Positions 1 to 12,787 of a stretch of DNA of 42,512 nt are shown here, in pieces; position 1 is the stretch's first letter; every line of letters starts with the position of its first letter. The position numbers and the translations under genes were made by a program. The notes under the pieces are model-generated. The model saw nothing but the letters and a program-made list of their open reading frames with translations, had not been told where the DNA came from and searched no databases. The stretch is from Dimorphilus gyrociliatus (taxonomy: Eukaryota; Animalia; Annelida), in contig CAJFCJ010000072.1 in NCBI GenBank assembly GCA_904063045.1, positions 71,544 to 114,055 of the forward strand, read 5' to 3'.

Positions 1-590
1 TCCTCAGCACACATATAAGTTCCATTTTGGCAGTTATTATTAGAACAAATCCAGTGTTGTTGCACAGAATTAATAGCTGGCAAAGCAATCTCATACAAAA
101 TGTTATGTTCAATATTACAAGGAATTTTTTGTGAACAATCTATTTTCATTATATTTTTTTAATTTTCAACAAATTTTATTTCACTAACCAACAATTTGAT
201 TTAAAAAGATGACAATTTTCTGGCAATTCATCACTTCTATCTTTACATTTGATGTGATTATTGCAAGTATGTGTACCTGATATACATTTCGTTTCATCAC
301 AGTGATGTTTGTCTTTTTGACAATAGGCTTTAATTTTTTTAATTAAATTTGATTTTGGTAAAAAAGCTTGTTGAAAAAAAAATTACTTAATGTTGAAGTG
401 ATAAGTTTTGTACAAAATTCATCTGATTTATCCATGCAGTTTACTTCTCCATTACAAACATATTCTGCTTTGAGACATTGCTTATTCGAGCAATGTCTTT
501 CAAATCCATTTGGGCAATTTTCCCATGCTGTTAAAACAAAATAAAGAACTAATTTGTTTTTGTCTGGTTGTGTATAATTAAATTCTCTAT

Positions 591-666
<76 letters not shown>

Positions 667-1431
667 ATATATATTTAACAATATAATTAAATATATTAGT
701 ACCCAAGGTTTAAAATATCCCATATCTAAAATATATAGAAATGTTTAAGAAGGAAAAAGATGGTCAGCTAGTTTTAGCTAGCTGCTTCTGATTATATATA
801 TGTGTGTGTATATGTGCAGTGGTCATCAGAAACTTTGGCACTATCTGTCCATAGCATTTTTTGTCAAATTGAACCCAAAAATGTATCTTCCATAAATAAT
901 TATATATTTAAATACTGAGAAACTATTTTAATCAAAAGTCAATAATCGCTCCTTGGAAAATAACCTACATTCCTTATCTAAATGCAGATTTTATCAATAT
1001 CAGAGTTCTTTTCCAAAAAATTTTCTTTAATTGAGGCTGGAATCCATTGTATACTGGATCCTTCATGATATGCCATACACTTTCAATTGATGACATATCT
1101 GAAGCGTAGGGTATGCAAATTAGAATATTGAGTCCTGTTCTTTCAAAAAACAAGCAATTCAACACTTTTGCCCTATGAAAAGCTGCCTAATCTTGTTGGA
1201 AGAGATAACTTGAAAGTAGTTTCTAAAGTTGAATTGTTGATTTTTCATATTAAGCAGATCAGAGATTACAAACATTGTTTCAAAAATTATGAAGAATAGC
1301 AACTATTATTTTTCGTACAAAAAGAGGGATTATAGGGAGAAAAAAGTCAATAAATCCAGGATTAAAGGGTTAAATATACACAAAAGAAAAATGATACATC
1401 CTATGCCAAAGGGTTTGATGACCATTGTATA

Positions 1432-1479
<48 letters not shown>

Positions 1480-4265
1480 CATATTTCTATCTTTACTGCA
1501 AAAAGTTTCATCAGCTCCATTATTACAGTCTTTCCTATGATTACAAACAAATTGATATGGAATTGTTTGATTTTCAAGACAGTTAAAAGTTTGCACTTGA
1601 ACACAATTTTGTTCATCTTCATTTAACAAACAGTGAGCAATGCCATCACAAACTAAATTTATATTAATGAAAATATCATGTTTATAACATAGGAACATTT
1701 GTGAAGATTGCCGAGTTATTGGCTGATTTACTGGATGTAAAATACTTCTTTTATTTACATCATCTGACAAAACCAATTGGATTTTTAATAGAAACAACTT
1801 AAAAAATATTTCTCCTGACAGGCTTCCTTTTGGCAAATAAATCCTTGAAACTTCTGTGTACAACTCGTTCGCTTGTAATCTAGTTTATGACTTTTAATGA
1901 TTATAGAACAATTGAATATTCTCATATTTCTTGTTTTTTTATTGTGACAGTTGTCTTTTGAATAAATGTACTCTTGAGGATATTTCAAAAATTTTGAAGT
2001 TACTTTAACATCTCTGTTCATCTTTGATTTTATAGTGCCTGGAACTGAATAAATAACAAAAGTAACAAGCTTTAAATATCAATGAAAATAATATAAATAG
2101 GTTACCTGTTGGAATGTATGAGAATTTAAATAAGTGATTAATTCTTAAATGATTGAAGAATTGAAGAGTTGAATGGAATGCTAAATCTATTAAATGAAAC
2201 TGTTTTCTAGAACAGTAGTTTTCTGCTTCAGCAAATGTAAAAGATTTATTCTGTTCAACTAATAAATAACAATTTCCATGAACATTTAAATCTTCTTTAT
2301 CACATTCTGCAAAGACAAAAACATAAGCAAAAGTAATTTGACAAACAACCAAACTCTCATTATTCTTCACTAAACTGTTTGTTAAATTTGATTTTGAACA
2401 TTTCAAACAGATTTGATTTAGAGAATGTGTTAATCTTAAAGGAAAAGAATGCTCTTCCCTTTCACCAAAAATCATAATTTTTATTCCTTTCCATTCCTTA
2501 TAACTACTGTAATTATGATTTTTCTTAATGCACTCTCTAATATCATTAATGGATCCAATACAATTTTTTTCAATTATAGGATACGAGAATAATACATTTA
2601 ACATGTCATTTTGAAGTAAAAAAAGGAAAAGATTTTCCTGAAAAATAAAGGTTCCCATTGAAAATCCAAAATATTGACACCACATTTGAGCAAGACTATT
2701 GTTAATATCTCTTATTGGATAATAGTAAAATACATTTTGAACAGAATATTGAATGATCCCTCTGAATTCCTTTTCATTTCTACTATTATTTTGGTGAATT
2801 GAATCATTTGGATATTTAAATAATCGAAATTCAAAGTCTAAATAGAGGTTATTTTAATAAAAAAAAAGTAATGTGATTTTTTTCTCCTCATTTTCCTAAA
2901 TTCTCTACCTGGAACATTTTCAGTCTCTTCACAAGCAACATAAAACATTTGTGCATTATACAGATTTTGCATGAATTTACATCCCAAGCTGTACATATTG
3001 CTATTGCTTGTACAATTTTGAAGGAAGATATTTAATTTTTCTGTTGTACTAAATATACTTCTTTGACACAAATGATTCTGCAAAACAAAAATTCTCCATG
3101 AGACTTTTTGTCAAGTAATGACAAAAATATAACCTGATTTTCAACTGTCTTGTAGGCCTGATGTTGAAGGGATTTCCCATATAATTTGCAAATATGTTTA
3201 CCCATTTGATAATAACTGTCTGGTGATACAGAAAGTGGTAGATATCCATAGGTTTTAGAATAGATCACAAGTGTATAATAGGGATATTTTATAACATTGA
3301 ATGGTACAGTTTCAGAAATATATTTAGAAACAGGAAGAAACTTTATATCTTGAATTATAAGAATGGCAACTTATTAGTAATAAATTATTGAAAAAATATT
3401 TAAATACAACCTCTCATTTCATCAAAACTGCAAAAAACAGCAGAAGAATTTTCAACAAAATCAATTTGCAATCCTTCTCCATTAAAATACACTGGATTTT
3501 TCATCAAATTTTTATTAGAATTGATTTGATATGAAAACATAAAAAATTCAGATTGTGCACAAATTGATGATTTATAATTTGCAGTAGTGTATATTGAATA
3601 CATATGATTGAAATCTCTATAAAATGCATAGAATGGTCCCTGTAGATTTTTTGCTATTGTAAAAATATCTGTAATTGATGATGATTGTCACCATTATCAT
3701 CAATTTTCATTAGTGTTCTTTATTTATTGAATTTCTTACAGTTTTTTTTAAAACATTTCAAACAATTGCTTTGGGGAATTTTAACATTTAATACTTTTGA
3801 ACTACTATTTTGAATAGAAAATTTTATAGGTTATTGTTGATTTTGACAAATAGCTAGTATTGATTTATTGTTTTACTTACATTTCACAGCATGGAGAGAA
3901 TTTTTGTAGAATTACTGACCTTGTTACTAAATTACATAAAAAATTTGCATATAGTAATTTAAATATTTAGCACTTTTTTCTATATAAAAACCATTAAAAT
4001 CTTGACATTCTTCAATGATATAATGTAGACTATCATAATTGAAATATTTACATAGGGCATATTCATTGTGAAATCTACCACATGCATGACTTTGAACTGA
4101 ATATCTTTGTTTATCTACTGAAGAAGTAAATACTACTCTTCCAAAACTATATGTATTTGTATCTTTTATAATTTCAAATTGAACACTTCCATTTTCATAG
4201 CTATAACCTATTGATGGTTTAAATGAGAAATTGTTCAGTATAGAAAACAACAAAAGATAATTCAT
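1..4265 (-). CDS. Multi-exon mosaic extracellular protein gene (SRCR-like + C-type lectin + >=4 LDLa repeats; GRL101-like or similar receptor); continues off the left edge, 5' end uncertain
   Basis: Exon translations: SRCR-like WCQYFGF..NCIGSINDIREC; CTL start CDKEDLNVHGNCYLL..FAEAENYC and end CTQKFQGFICQK; LDLa repeats CDGIAHCLLNEDEQNC, CNHRKDCNNGADETFC, CNGEVNCMDKSDEFC, CNNHIKCKDRSDELPENC. Exon boundaries not resolved. GRL101 affinity is inference; no LRR or 7TM region is seen in the window. Confidence 0.7.
599..662. repeat. (CT)n microsatellite, intronic
   Basis: Directly visible pure CT run of ~64 bp. Confidence 0.97.
974..1200 (-). mobile_element. Degenerate Tc1/mariner (DD34E-type) transposase C-terminal remnant in an intron
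   Basis: Minus-strand translation QQD*AAFHRAK...IPYASDMSSIESVWHIMK matches the Tc1 motifs QQDNAPxH and PxSPDLNPIExxW. A possible TIR start, CAGTGG, lies at 817. Confidence 0.6.
1435..1479. repeat. Compound (AT)n(GT)n microsatellite
   Basis: Directly visible. Confidence 0.95.
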
Positions 4266-4611
4266 TGTTTTTTGAGTATTTGAAAAAGAAAGCAGTTAAA
4301 TAGACATTAAAAATAAATTTGTTGTTTATAGTACCAATTATTTCATGTCCATTTATGTAATTAGATAGATTTTTATGGTAGCTAATATCATTATTATTGC
4401 TAATAAAAAAACAATCAGTTCATTTTTCTTTCTATTCTATCCTTAAATAGTCCTACTCACTTATACCTAATTATTCTTCAGATGAACAAAATGTCTTTAA
4501 AATCTAACTTGAGAGTTGGAGTTAAAACTTCAAATTGAAGACTTCCATTATCATAGTAAATGCTCTCTGATTTCATTTAGGTAATTAGACAGACATTTTA
4601 TAGTTTTATAT

Positions 4612-4860
4612 TTACTTTTTATAATCATTCATTTGTAGAGTGTGAGAAGAGGATTGTAGTCCTTGACAAATCGTTATAAACCCATATCCCATATGTTCAT
4701 TATCAGATAAATTAACAGTTATAATTGAAGAACAATGTTTAAATGTTTCACCAAGATATTTTCCCCACTCATTATTTAGGTTACAAGAACCTAAATTTAT
4801 AATTTGTAATGTTTTACTACAAGATTTTAGTCCTATGCAAAGTTTTGTAAATCCATTCAA
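4612..4860 (-). pseudogene. Isolated ribonuclease-inhibitor-type LRR fragment (NLR-like C-terminal repeats)
   Basis: LQIINLGSCNLNNEWGKYLGETFKHCSSIITVNLSDN..GFITICQGLQSSSHTLQ fits LxxLxLxxNxL/CxxL RI-like repeats. No ATG start and no NACHT domain nearby. Confidence 0.6.
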
Positions 4861-4919
4861 TTAACCTTCCTAAATGTTGAACCTTGTAACATCCTGTTAC
4901 TAAACATAAATATAAACTA
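4855..4919 (+). repeat. 65-bp dispersed repeat, also at 34731-34795 (+) and within 35885-35950 (-)
   Basis: attcaattaaccttcctaaatgttgaaccttgtaacatcctgttactaaa(c/g)ataaatat(a/g)aacta; 2 mismatches between the 4.9-kb and 34.7-kb copies. Confidence 0.9.
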
Positions 4920-5393
4920 GACAGCTGAATTAAGTGTTAGACAGAAGAACATGGAAATACTATTGTCATTAATTTAAATTTCAAAATCAGTTTATTAAAA
5001 GAACAACAATATTTCACTCAAAGAATATTCAAATACTTAGTTTAAGTGAATGAACATTTTTTATAACAAATTTGATAGTTGAAAAAAAAAAATGATATTT
5101 AATTGAGTTTGATCTAAGCCTAAGGACCTTTACACAAAAATGACAAAGATTTCGAAACATTTTTCAATACTCATTATGGAATAAAAAGGTAGAAATAGTC
5201 TAAAAGAAGAGACTATTTCATAGCATATTGTATATATAGTTCAATTGCTCAGTCATACTGGTAAAGCTGGAAAGTATCTCTTGTAATTTTTATAAATCTA
5301 ATTCTACTGCAGAATTCACTACAGACACTTTTTATAAATGAAATAAATTATAGAAATGACTATATTGAGATTAATAACACTGGGTGATCACCT

Positions 5394-6129
5394 GTGGATT
5401 TATCTCCTACTTATTTATATATTGCATTTGTTCATTACAATGGTAATCAAGAATTGAAGAATCCACAGAATTTTCAGGGTACCTTAGCTCGAAATGAAAT
5501 TCTAAAACTTCAATTTGCCCCAGATCGACAAAAAAGAGCCATTCAAGAATCATTTGACAATTTCTATGGACCTGAAAATAATCCAAAAGCTTGTTTTCTA
5601 TCTTAAAATGAATGACCAAGTCTATGACAAATTTTAAAGAATCCAGAATAGAATAAAATCTTCACTTGCATATTTAACTTTTCCATTCTGCAATTTACTA
5701 GATAGTTTTCTTTTTTGCAGAGAAATAAGGTAAAAGAGTATTAACTATAGTCAATCAATTATTTCTTTATCATAAACTCAAGAATGTGAACCAGACTTTA
5801 CAACTTAAAAGTTTTCAAATGTTGGAGCTAGCACTGAATCATTTTGAATTATAACTACAAGAGTGTTTACAGCTCCTATGAGTGCAACTGACTTTGTTGA
5901 ACTTTCTATGATATCAACATCTGCTGAAAGTTATTTTGAAGTAAATGGTGAAGTAAAATTTAGGTTGATAAACTATATGAGTGGTATAAAAAAGAATGAA
6001 CTAGCCAATAGAATAACCTTAATAAAAATGAAAGAAGATGATACACGCAGTGTAAAATTTAAAGTACTCATTGATCAAAGTATGATGAGACCATCTCTTG
6101 TCATTTTTGCACTACCTTATAAAATATAA
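5394..6129 (+). CDS. Probable exons of an unidentified host gene
   Basis: Two open frames (70 and 88 aa) of normal composition separated by intron-like AT-rich sequence; no family recognised. Confidence 0.3.
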
Positions 6130-6283
6130 CTTTTAGTCAGTTTCATAGATGCTTTCTTCAAATACAAAAAATGTCTATCAAGAGATAATCAAGTTTTTGT
6201 TTGTGCAATATTTCCATTTTTCCTGATAAATCTATATCTTCTAATGAAGGACAGTGTACAATTATTTAGTATTAATCATAGAC

Positions 6284-7222
6284 TGTACTTTGTTGTATTG
6301 TAATTGTAGGAATTTCTGGTTCGTCACAACTGTAATCGTCCTTTCCAATCATTTACCAACTTGCCAAAGTACTGGTCCAAATAGAACCTTTAAAGTTCGT
6401 CCACAAATAGTCTAACAAAGGCAATTTCGGTAGAAATTGATTAACAAAACACCAGTATTTCGTCCAAAGAATATGTATTGAGTAAAATGAGCTTCTAGTT
6501 CTAAACAAGCTAGTTTAAACAACTAGCTGACGGTTAGAAAACTGAACTATCAACTGTTAATTTCGTAGGGTTTATATACTCTTTTAAGGGTTGATAGTTC
6601 ACAAATTTCAATGTTCACAAAAACAAAAGTAACATTTGAAGACAAAGAAAAGTTCTAAATATGGTCATGTTTTTATTGTTTTCCTCTTCTAAATAATAGT
6701 TGAATTTCGAAGGTTGGAGAGTTGCATAAGATGTAACAATTTTAGTAGGACAAGTCCAACAATCAAGAAAACATGTAGATTGTATATTTGACCGTTTTTA
6801 TATTCTACCTTAATAATGATATTCAATTGATTGAGTTAGTAAATTTAGCATCAGCATATAAGGAGGAAGTATATCTGATTAATGCATGTTAAAAAGAACA
6901 GTATTGTGTATACAATACTGTTGAATAGTGAATATAATCTAACCTTAGAATTTAAGCATAATTGATAATTAATTGAACTAGTTTTAGTTCGAAATCATAA
7001 ATTTATGGATTAATAAATTGTAATATTAATGCTAGGTTGCAAATAGCAAATATTCTTTATATAATTCAATAGGTTTTATTACTGCATAATGTGTATGCAC
7101 TGCCCTATGCGAAACTAGGTCACTACTGCTTATCTTTATCAGTGCTATCTGCATAGTACAATACTGGTTCAATACTACTTCTCTATTGTAGAATATAGCT
7201 GACGAATGTATGTGTACAAACA
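6284..7222 (-). repeat. 3' LTR of copy A (939 bp, TG...CA)
   Basis: Inverted match to 21794-22732; abuts the PPT at 7223-7234. Confidence 0.95.
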
Positions 7223-7232
7223 TCCCACTCCT

Positions 7233-10200
7233 TTAAGACCTTGCTTCCATGAAAGGTCTAGGACTTGTGACAATTATGTTATCACCACTTTTTCTGAACA
7301 TAGGATAATTTTGCAGTTCTATTTCTTCTGATTCAGCTGTTGGAGCTGAAGGTAATCTTTTTGTTTTTGTCAGTAGTTTAGACAGTCTGGTAAATTGAAC
7401 TCTTTTCAGTTTTTTCTTCCAAATAAAGTAGATGAAGAATCCAATTCCAATCAAGAGTATAATTGGCAGAAGTGTGTCTATTAGTATTTTGAAAGGTTTT
7501 CTTATCCATGAAGAAAATAGATGTTGTGTTGGTGACAAGGCTGCATCAATTCCTAAATCATTTGCAAAGTTAATATGCTCTCTATGCTTAGTCAAAGTAT
7601 CCTGTATGTATTCCAAAACTTGTTGTATCTGATAATGTTTCCTGCCCACATCTTCTTTTATACCTAGTTGTAATAATTCTGTGAGTCTGACAACTTCTAG
7701 TTTTGGTTCTTCAATTTGACTGTTGATTTTCATTCTGATTGATTGTGCTGCTGCTGTTTGGAACCTGCACCCTTTCCTTGTATAATAGATAAATGTCTTC
7801 TTGCCAGAATGTATGGCATATTGATTTTGTTCTGCATCCAAAGGATTTTTCTTGATCTTGAAGAGATGCTGAGTTTGGTCACATGTACCATATCTTATGT
7901 CTTCTTTTGTGATGTGGTAAGCATGATGAAGTATTGGATCAATTGAGAATAGGAGATCTTTATATTTGATCAGAAATTCTTTTGAACATAATCCATTTTT
8001 TGTTATAATTGTTGTGTCACAAACTACTTGAACAGTTTTTAATTCTGTACATGTATTGAGGGTTGTTAGATCTCCTAACCATGTACTATGGGTTCCATGT
8101 TTAGATCCAAGTATTGTTGGTAGTTGAGGTGATAGTGGTGTAAGTAGGGCTATCATCTTGTTTCTCATGATAAATTCTTTGCATAAAAGTTGTGAAACTT
8201 GTTTAAAAACTGTTTTTAAATTTTGAAAATTTTTGTCAATATTGTTTAGTAGTGCAGCTGTTCTTATAGCATCTTTTATATTTATTTGGTGTGATTCTGG
8301 AATCTCTATGTTTTCTAATTGTTTCCTCTTCCATTTGTGATTTATTGGTTTTCTTTGTAAAAGTGTATATTTGCCATTTTCTGTATGAATTTGAAATTGT
8401 GTATCTTTTGGGCTTTGATACCAAATGTTCATGTTTGGGAGTGGGTTGAAAGTAACTGGTTTTTTTTCCAATTCAAAATCTTGTGATCTGACTAGTCTGG
8501 CAGGTTTTAGCTTTGTTGTTTTCAGCATTTTTAGTATGTATTTGTTGTGAATATCCCAGATGTCTGGAGAAATAATTTCTTTGACAAACCAAGTCCTCAC
8601 TAATGGTGTTGCATGATTTTTTATCAGCATATGGTAGGTTTTGTCACCATCTCTATACCAATCATTATATGTTAAAATATCTTGTATTTCTGTGACATTG
8701 GCCTTTCTTAGTGATGATTTCTTTCCAATATATTTCTCCAATCTATTAACTTCTTTATTTGAAATGATCTTGTATTTTGTATCCTCTATTATTTTATTGT
8801 CAGCATAATTAGAATTTGTAAGATCAGTTCTAAGTAAGTCATATTCTTTCTGGGGTACCAATACTCTGGTACCAGGACCACCATATCCTTTGATATATCT
8901 GTCTTGGTAAGGTAAATCCATTATTGCATAGTTGGGGCAGGAAAAATATCCTCCAAGTTTTAGACATTCCACATTATGGGAAACTATTTTCCATGGTGAA
9001 ACATGGCCTAGAAGACTTTGGCCTTTTTCTGGATTAAATATAATGATTGAATCCAAAGTTCTACAAAATTTTTGTTTAATAGAACAGTCTTCTAAATATT
9101 CCAAATTTGTGGTTATTTTATCTTGACTTGGATTCCAATAAGCCTTGCCAATTTGAAGGATTGTTGTAAATTCTTCCACCACTGTGGTTCTTGGCCATTT
9201 GTAATTTGGTCCTTTGTTTTCATTATACATAAGAAGTTTGCCTTTTTCAATTAGGTTTTGTCCATTTAAGGTTTTGTGTGTGTATAGCATTGTTCTGCAT
9301 TGTTTTTCACTTAAGGCAAGTGTTTGTTTTTCAATTCTGTGTTTCTTTGCTCCAAAAAAGTAATGAGTGTAGAAATTGATTCTTCTTTTCACTAAACACT
9401 TGACAGCTTGAATTGCCAAATTGTCAGCTTTAATTTCATAGATGTTAGCTACAATTTTGATCATTTGTTTAGTTTCAAAGGTACATACTGGTTCATCTGC
9501 TAAATCAAATGATTGGTGTACTTGTTGTCCTTGACAAAACTGTACTGATGGTAGCATTCTTACAGTTATGTTTGCTTTTGTTATGGATACATTTGCTTGG
9601 ACCAAGTTTAAACAGCATATTGCTAACAGTGTATAAATTATTGATCCTCTGATAGGAAGCATTCCACCATTTGTTTGGTGTTTCCTTACTGTCACTGTGT
9701 TAACTGTTATAGGTTGTTTGTTAGCTAGTCTTAGTCTACTAGCATGATAGAATTTTCTTTTATCTGCCAATATTTGTAATTCATACAAACATTTTGTAGT
9801 ATCTGTAGCAGTTACAAGATATGGTCCACTCCATTTGCTTGTATTTATTCTGTTCATTCCTTGACCAATGTTTTCATTTCTTATGTGTACCCAATCACCA
9901 ATTTTGTAAGTTGGAGGTTTTCTTGTAATAGCTCTATTAACTCTATCTCTATATTCCTTCTTTTTTAGAACAGATTTGCAAAGTGCTGTTGCTCTAATTT
10001 CTTCAAGTTCATGTTTTCTATCAAATAAGAATTTTGTTGTTGGTTCTAATCTTGGAACTTCCATTAACAGGTCTAAAACATTTCTATTCTTCAATCCAAA
10101 TAATATTTCATGTGGGGTTTTGCCAGTGCTTCCAACTGGAATTTGATTTAAACATGTCTGAATTAATGGTAACTGTCTTGTCCAATCTGTTAATTGTTCC

Positions 10201-10865
10201 ATAACTACATGTTTATGTAGTGCTCTACGAATTTCCAAATTCTTTCTTTCTACCATTCCATTACTTTGGCTATGGAATGCTGTTGTTTTAATTTTTCGTA
10301 TTCCCATTGATGTCACCATTTCTGTAAAGATTTCCCCAAGAAAATTCCTTCCTTGATCTGTGAGAATTTCTTCTGGGATACCAAATATTGGGAAATAGTT
10401 GAAAAACAAATGTTTAGAAATTTCCTCAGCTGTTTGAGTTTTTAGAGGGAATATGTTGGTAAATCTGGACATGTGGTCTATAATGACAAGTATATACTTG
10501 TAAGAATCATGTCCAGTCAGAGGTCCCATTATGTCCATAGCTATTCTTTGCATTGGTAAAGTTGGGTGAGGTGTTTCAACCAACAGATGTTTGTTGCCTG
10601 GTGCTCTTAATTGCTCACAAAATTCACAACTCTTTATGTGATCTTTAATTGTTTTCTTTAGCTTTGGGTGCCAGAAAGCTTGCTCCAAAGTGTGAATTGT
10701 TATGTCTACACCATAGTGCTCAAATAGTTGATGTTGATGAATTTGTCCAAGTAAGTTGGTTAGAGTTGATAGTGGAATTACAAGTAGTGGTTGACAGCCA
10801 TTTAGATACCATACAAGGTCTTCTTTTACAAACATAGATTCAATAAAGTTTCCATATTCATTCAA
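7233..10865 (-). CDS. Integrase-Env fusion ORF of copy A (Env part 7233-9662)
   Basis: 1210-aa open frame: HHCC zinc finger, IAMDIMGP / ILTDQG / GMVERKN catalytic core, GPY-type C-terminus (KWSGPYLV), then signal peptide MLPIRGSIIYTLLAICCLNLVQA, ectodomain, TM helix TLLPIILLIGIGFFIYFIW and a basic tail. Confidence 0.9.
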   Translation of the reverse strand: MNEYGNFIESMFVKEDLVWYLNGCQPLLVIPLSTLTNLLGQIHQHQLFEHYGVDITIHTLEQAFWHPKLKKTIKDHIKSCEFCEQLRAPGNKHLLVETPHPTLPMQRIAMDIMGPLTGHDSYKYILVIIDHMSRFTNIFPLKTQTAEEISKHLFFNYFPIFGIPEEILTDQGRNFLGEIFTEMVTSMGIRKIKTTAFHSQSNGMVERKNLEIRRALHKHVVMEQLTDWTRQLPLIQTCLNQIPVGSTGKTPHEILFGLKNRNVLDLLMEVPRLEPTTKFLFDRKHELEEIRATALCKSVLKKKEYRDRVNRAITRKPPTYKIGDWVHIRNENIGQGMNRINTSKWSGPYLVTATDTTKCLYELQILADKRKFYHASRLRLANKQPITVNTVTVRKHQTNGGMLPIRGSIIYTLLAICCLNLVQANVSITKANITVRMLPSVQFCQGQQVHQSFDLADEPVCTFETKQMIKIVANIYEIKADNLAIQAVKCLVKRRINFYTHYFFGAKKHRIEKQTLALSEKQCRTMLYTHKTLNGQNLIEKGKLLMYNENKGPNYKWPRTTVVEEFTTILQIGKAYWNPSQDKITTNLEYLEDCSIKQKFCRTLDSIIIFNPEKGQSLLGHVSPWKIVSHNVECLKLGGYFSCPNYAIMDLPYQDRYIKGYGGPGTRVLVPQKEYDLLRTDLTNSNYADNKIIEDTKYKIISNKEVNRLEKYIGKKSSLRKANVTEIQDILTYNDWYRDGDKTYHMLIKNHATPLVRTWFVKEIISPDIWDIHNKYILKMLKTTKLKPARLVRSQDFELEKKPVTFNPLPNMNIWYQSPKDTQFQIHTENGKYTLLQRKPINHKWKRKQLENIEIPESHQINIKDAIRTAALLNNIDKNFQNLKTVFKQVSQLLCKEFIMRNKMIALLTPLSPQLPTILGSKHGTHSTWLGDLTTLNTCTELKTVQVVCDTTIITKNGLCSKEFLIKYKDLLFSIDPILHHAYHITKEDIRYGTCDQTQHLFKIKKNPLDAEQNQYAIHSGKKTFIYYTRKGCRFQTAAAQSIRMKINSQIEEPKLEVVRLTELLQLGIKEDVGRKHYQIQQVLEYIQDTLTKHREHINFANDLGIDAALSPTQHLFSSWIRKPFKILIDTLLPIILLIGIGFFIYFIWKKKLKRVQFTRLSKLLTKTKRLPSAPTAESEEIELQNYPMFRKSGDNIIVTSPRPFMEARS

Positions 10866-12787
10866 AGACCCATTATCAATGTTTCTCCTTCCAATTTGTC
10901 TACAACTTTCATTAGTGGAGTATCTAATACTTGTTCTCTATAGAAGTTTATTTCAACTGGTGTGATTTTTAGTTTCATAATCTGGGCTTGGATTTCAGTT
11001 ATGTCTTCATCATAATCATTGTCTAGATTGTCATCTAAACAATCATCTAATTCTTCTAAGTCCTCTGTATCAATATAAAAGCATTTAAGCATATCCTTTC
11101 TTTCTGCTAATTGGGGAACTGTATTGCCATTTTGTTTTTCTTCATTTAATCTTTCCTTAAGTAAATTACGAAAATCAATTACTTCATCAGTTTCACCAAT
11201 TCTTGATATCCAGTCTGCTCTATTAGTTCTTCCTGGTATGTATATTATTTCAAAATCCATATCCATAAGTGCCATCACCCATTTAACAGTACTTGTATTC
11301 AGTTTGTTTTGTACAAATGTTTGTACCAAATTTTGGTGATCAGTGTAGAGAAAAAATTTCTTATACTGTAGATAATGGGAGAATTTTTGTACTGCCCAAT
11401 ATACTGCAAAAGCCTCTTTTTGATAAGCTGCATATCTTAGTTGTGTATTGATTAGGAGCTTGGAAGCAAAAGAAATTGGTTTTCTTATTTTCTTTCCATC
11501 TTCTTCCCATTCTTGTTCTAGAACTGCACCAACTGCATAATTAGAAGCATCTGTTGTTAAATAGAATGATTTAGTAAAGTCTGGCAGTTGAAGGATTGGG
11601 GGCTCTGTCATTGCATTCCTTAGTGTTTCATAAGCTTCCTCTGCTTTTTTTGTCCATTTCAGTTTTTCTGTCTTTTGGTGTACTTTTAATAATTCTCTCA
11701 AAGGTTTTGTGATTTTTGCAAAATCTTTAAACAAATCTTCTATAATAACCACAAAATGCACAAAACTCAACAGAGTATTTGCAAACATAGGTAATTTGGC
11801 ATCTTTTATTTTTGAATCTTTTCAGGATCAGTTTCAATACATTCTGTGTAATTCTATGACCAAGGAATTGAACTGATTCTTGTAAGAATGCACATTTGCT
11901 CAGTTTAATTCTGAAGTCTTTTTCCTTGATTCTTTCCATAAGTTTCTGTAGAGCTACAAAGTGTCTTCCAATGTTTTGGTAAAAACTATAATATCATCCA
12001 TATAATTAATGCAGAAGTTTTCCAATCCATTAATAACAAAATTTGCCATGATATAGCTGAAGTGTGAAGGTGCATTTGCCAAACCAAATGGCATGCGGTT
12101 GAATTCAAATAAACCAAATGGTGTAATAAAAGCAGTTTTCTCCTTATCTTCTTCTTTAATTGGAATATGATGAAATGCACTTGTTAAATCCAATATAGAA
12201 AAATATTTGTGGCCTCCTCCAAGCTTATCAAATAAATCTTCCTGATGTGGGATTGGATAACAATTCTTTTTTGATTGCTTGTTAAGTTTTCTGTAATCCA
12301 CACACATTCTTAATGTTCCTTCTTTCTTTTTCACAAAAACAATGGGTGAAGCCCATTGGCTTTTGCTTGCTCTAATTAGACCATTTTCCAATAATCCATT
12401 TAATTGATCCCTGCATTCCTGCTGTTTGTTGGTGGCAATCTGTATGGTCTTTGTTGAAAGGCTTTATATCTTCCAATAATTCAATTGCCATTGGTGGAAC
12501 ATCTGGTGAACCAATGTCATTTTTTGTAGCAATAATATCTTCATAATTCTTTATCATTTCTTTTAATTCTTCTCTGTTCTTGTCAATATTTTTTGGACAC
12601 ATGTAAATAATTGTCAATTTCTATGTATTTGAATTAATATTGTGTACATTTTGATTAGACAAATGTTCAAATTCAATACTTTCCAACTGTAATTCTTCTA
12701 TTTCAGGAGTTACTGGATTTTTCTTTGTTCTTTTTCACTTTGATAGTTATTCCATCTTCTAATTCTATGTATTTGGTTTCATTTCCA
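10862..12787 (-). pseudogene. pol: RT-RNase H of copy A with several single-base frameshifts
   Basis: WASPIVFV, LRMCVDYRKLN, YFSILDLTSAFHHI, MPFGLANAP, YMDD, LTTDASNYAVGAVL, LYTDH, ADWISR. Breaks fall in homopolymer runs. Confidence 0.9.

Larger units (their letters stand above)
6284..12787 (-). mobile_element. Env-bearing Ty3/gypsy LTR retroelement, copy A (3' LTR, env, IN, RH, RT; 5' part lost in the gap)
   Basis: Reverse complement of 16221-22732 at roughly 99% identity by eye; RT YMDD, RNase H TDAS..TDH, integrase HHCC plus D,D,E motifs. Confidence 0.95.

Noticed and set aside
343-723. RERERE-containing 126-aa ORF as a single protein
   Set aside because: The RE run is the intronic (CT)n microsatellite; only the LDLa part is an exon.
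6275-6283. Target-site duplication or symmetric flanks for the inverted pair (aatcat near both ends)
   Set aside because: Outer flanks AGAC and ATGA do not match, and the 6-bp similarity is offset by 4 nt in AT-rich DNA.
7432-11339. Short antisense ORFs over env/pol (and mirror images at 17677-21584)
   Set aside because: Shadow frames of real coding sequence with no recognisable domains.
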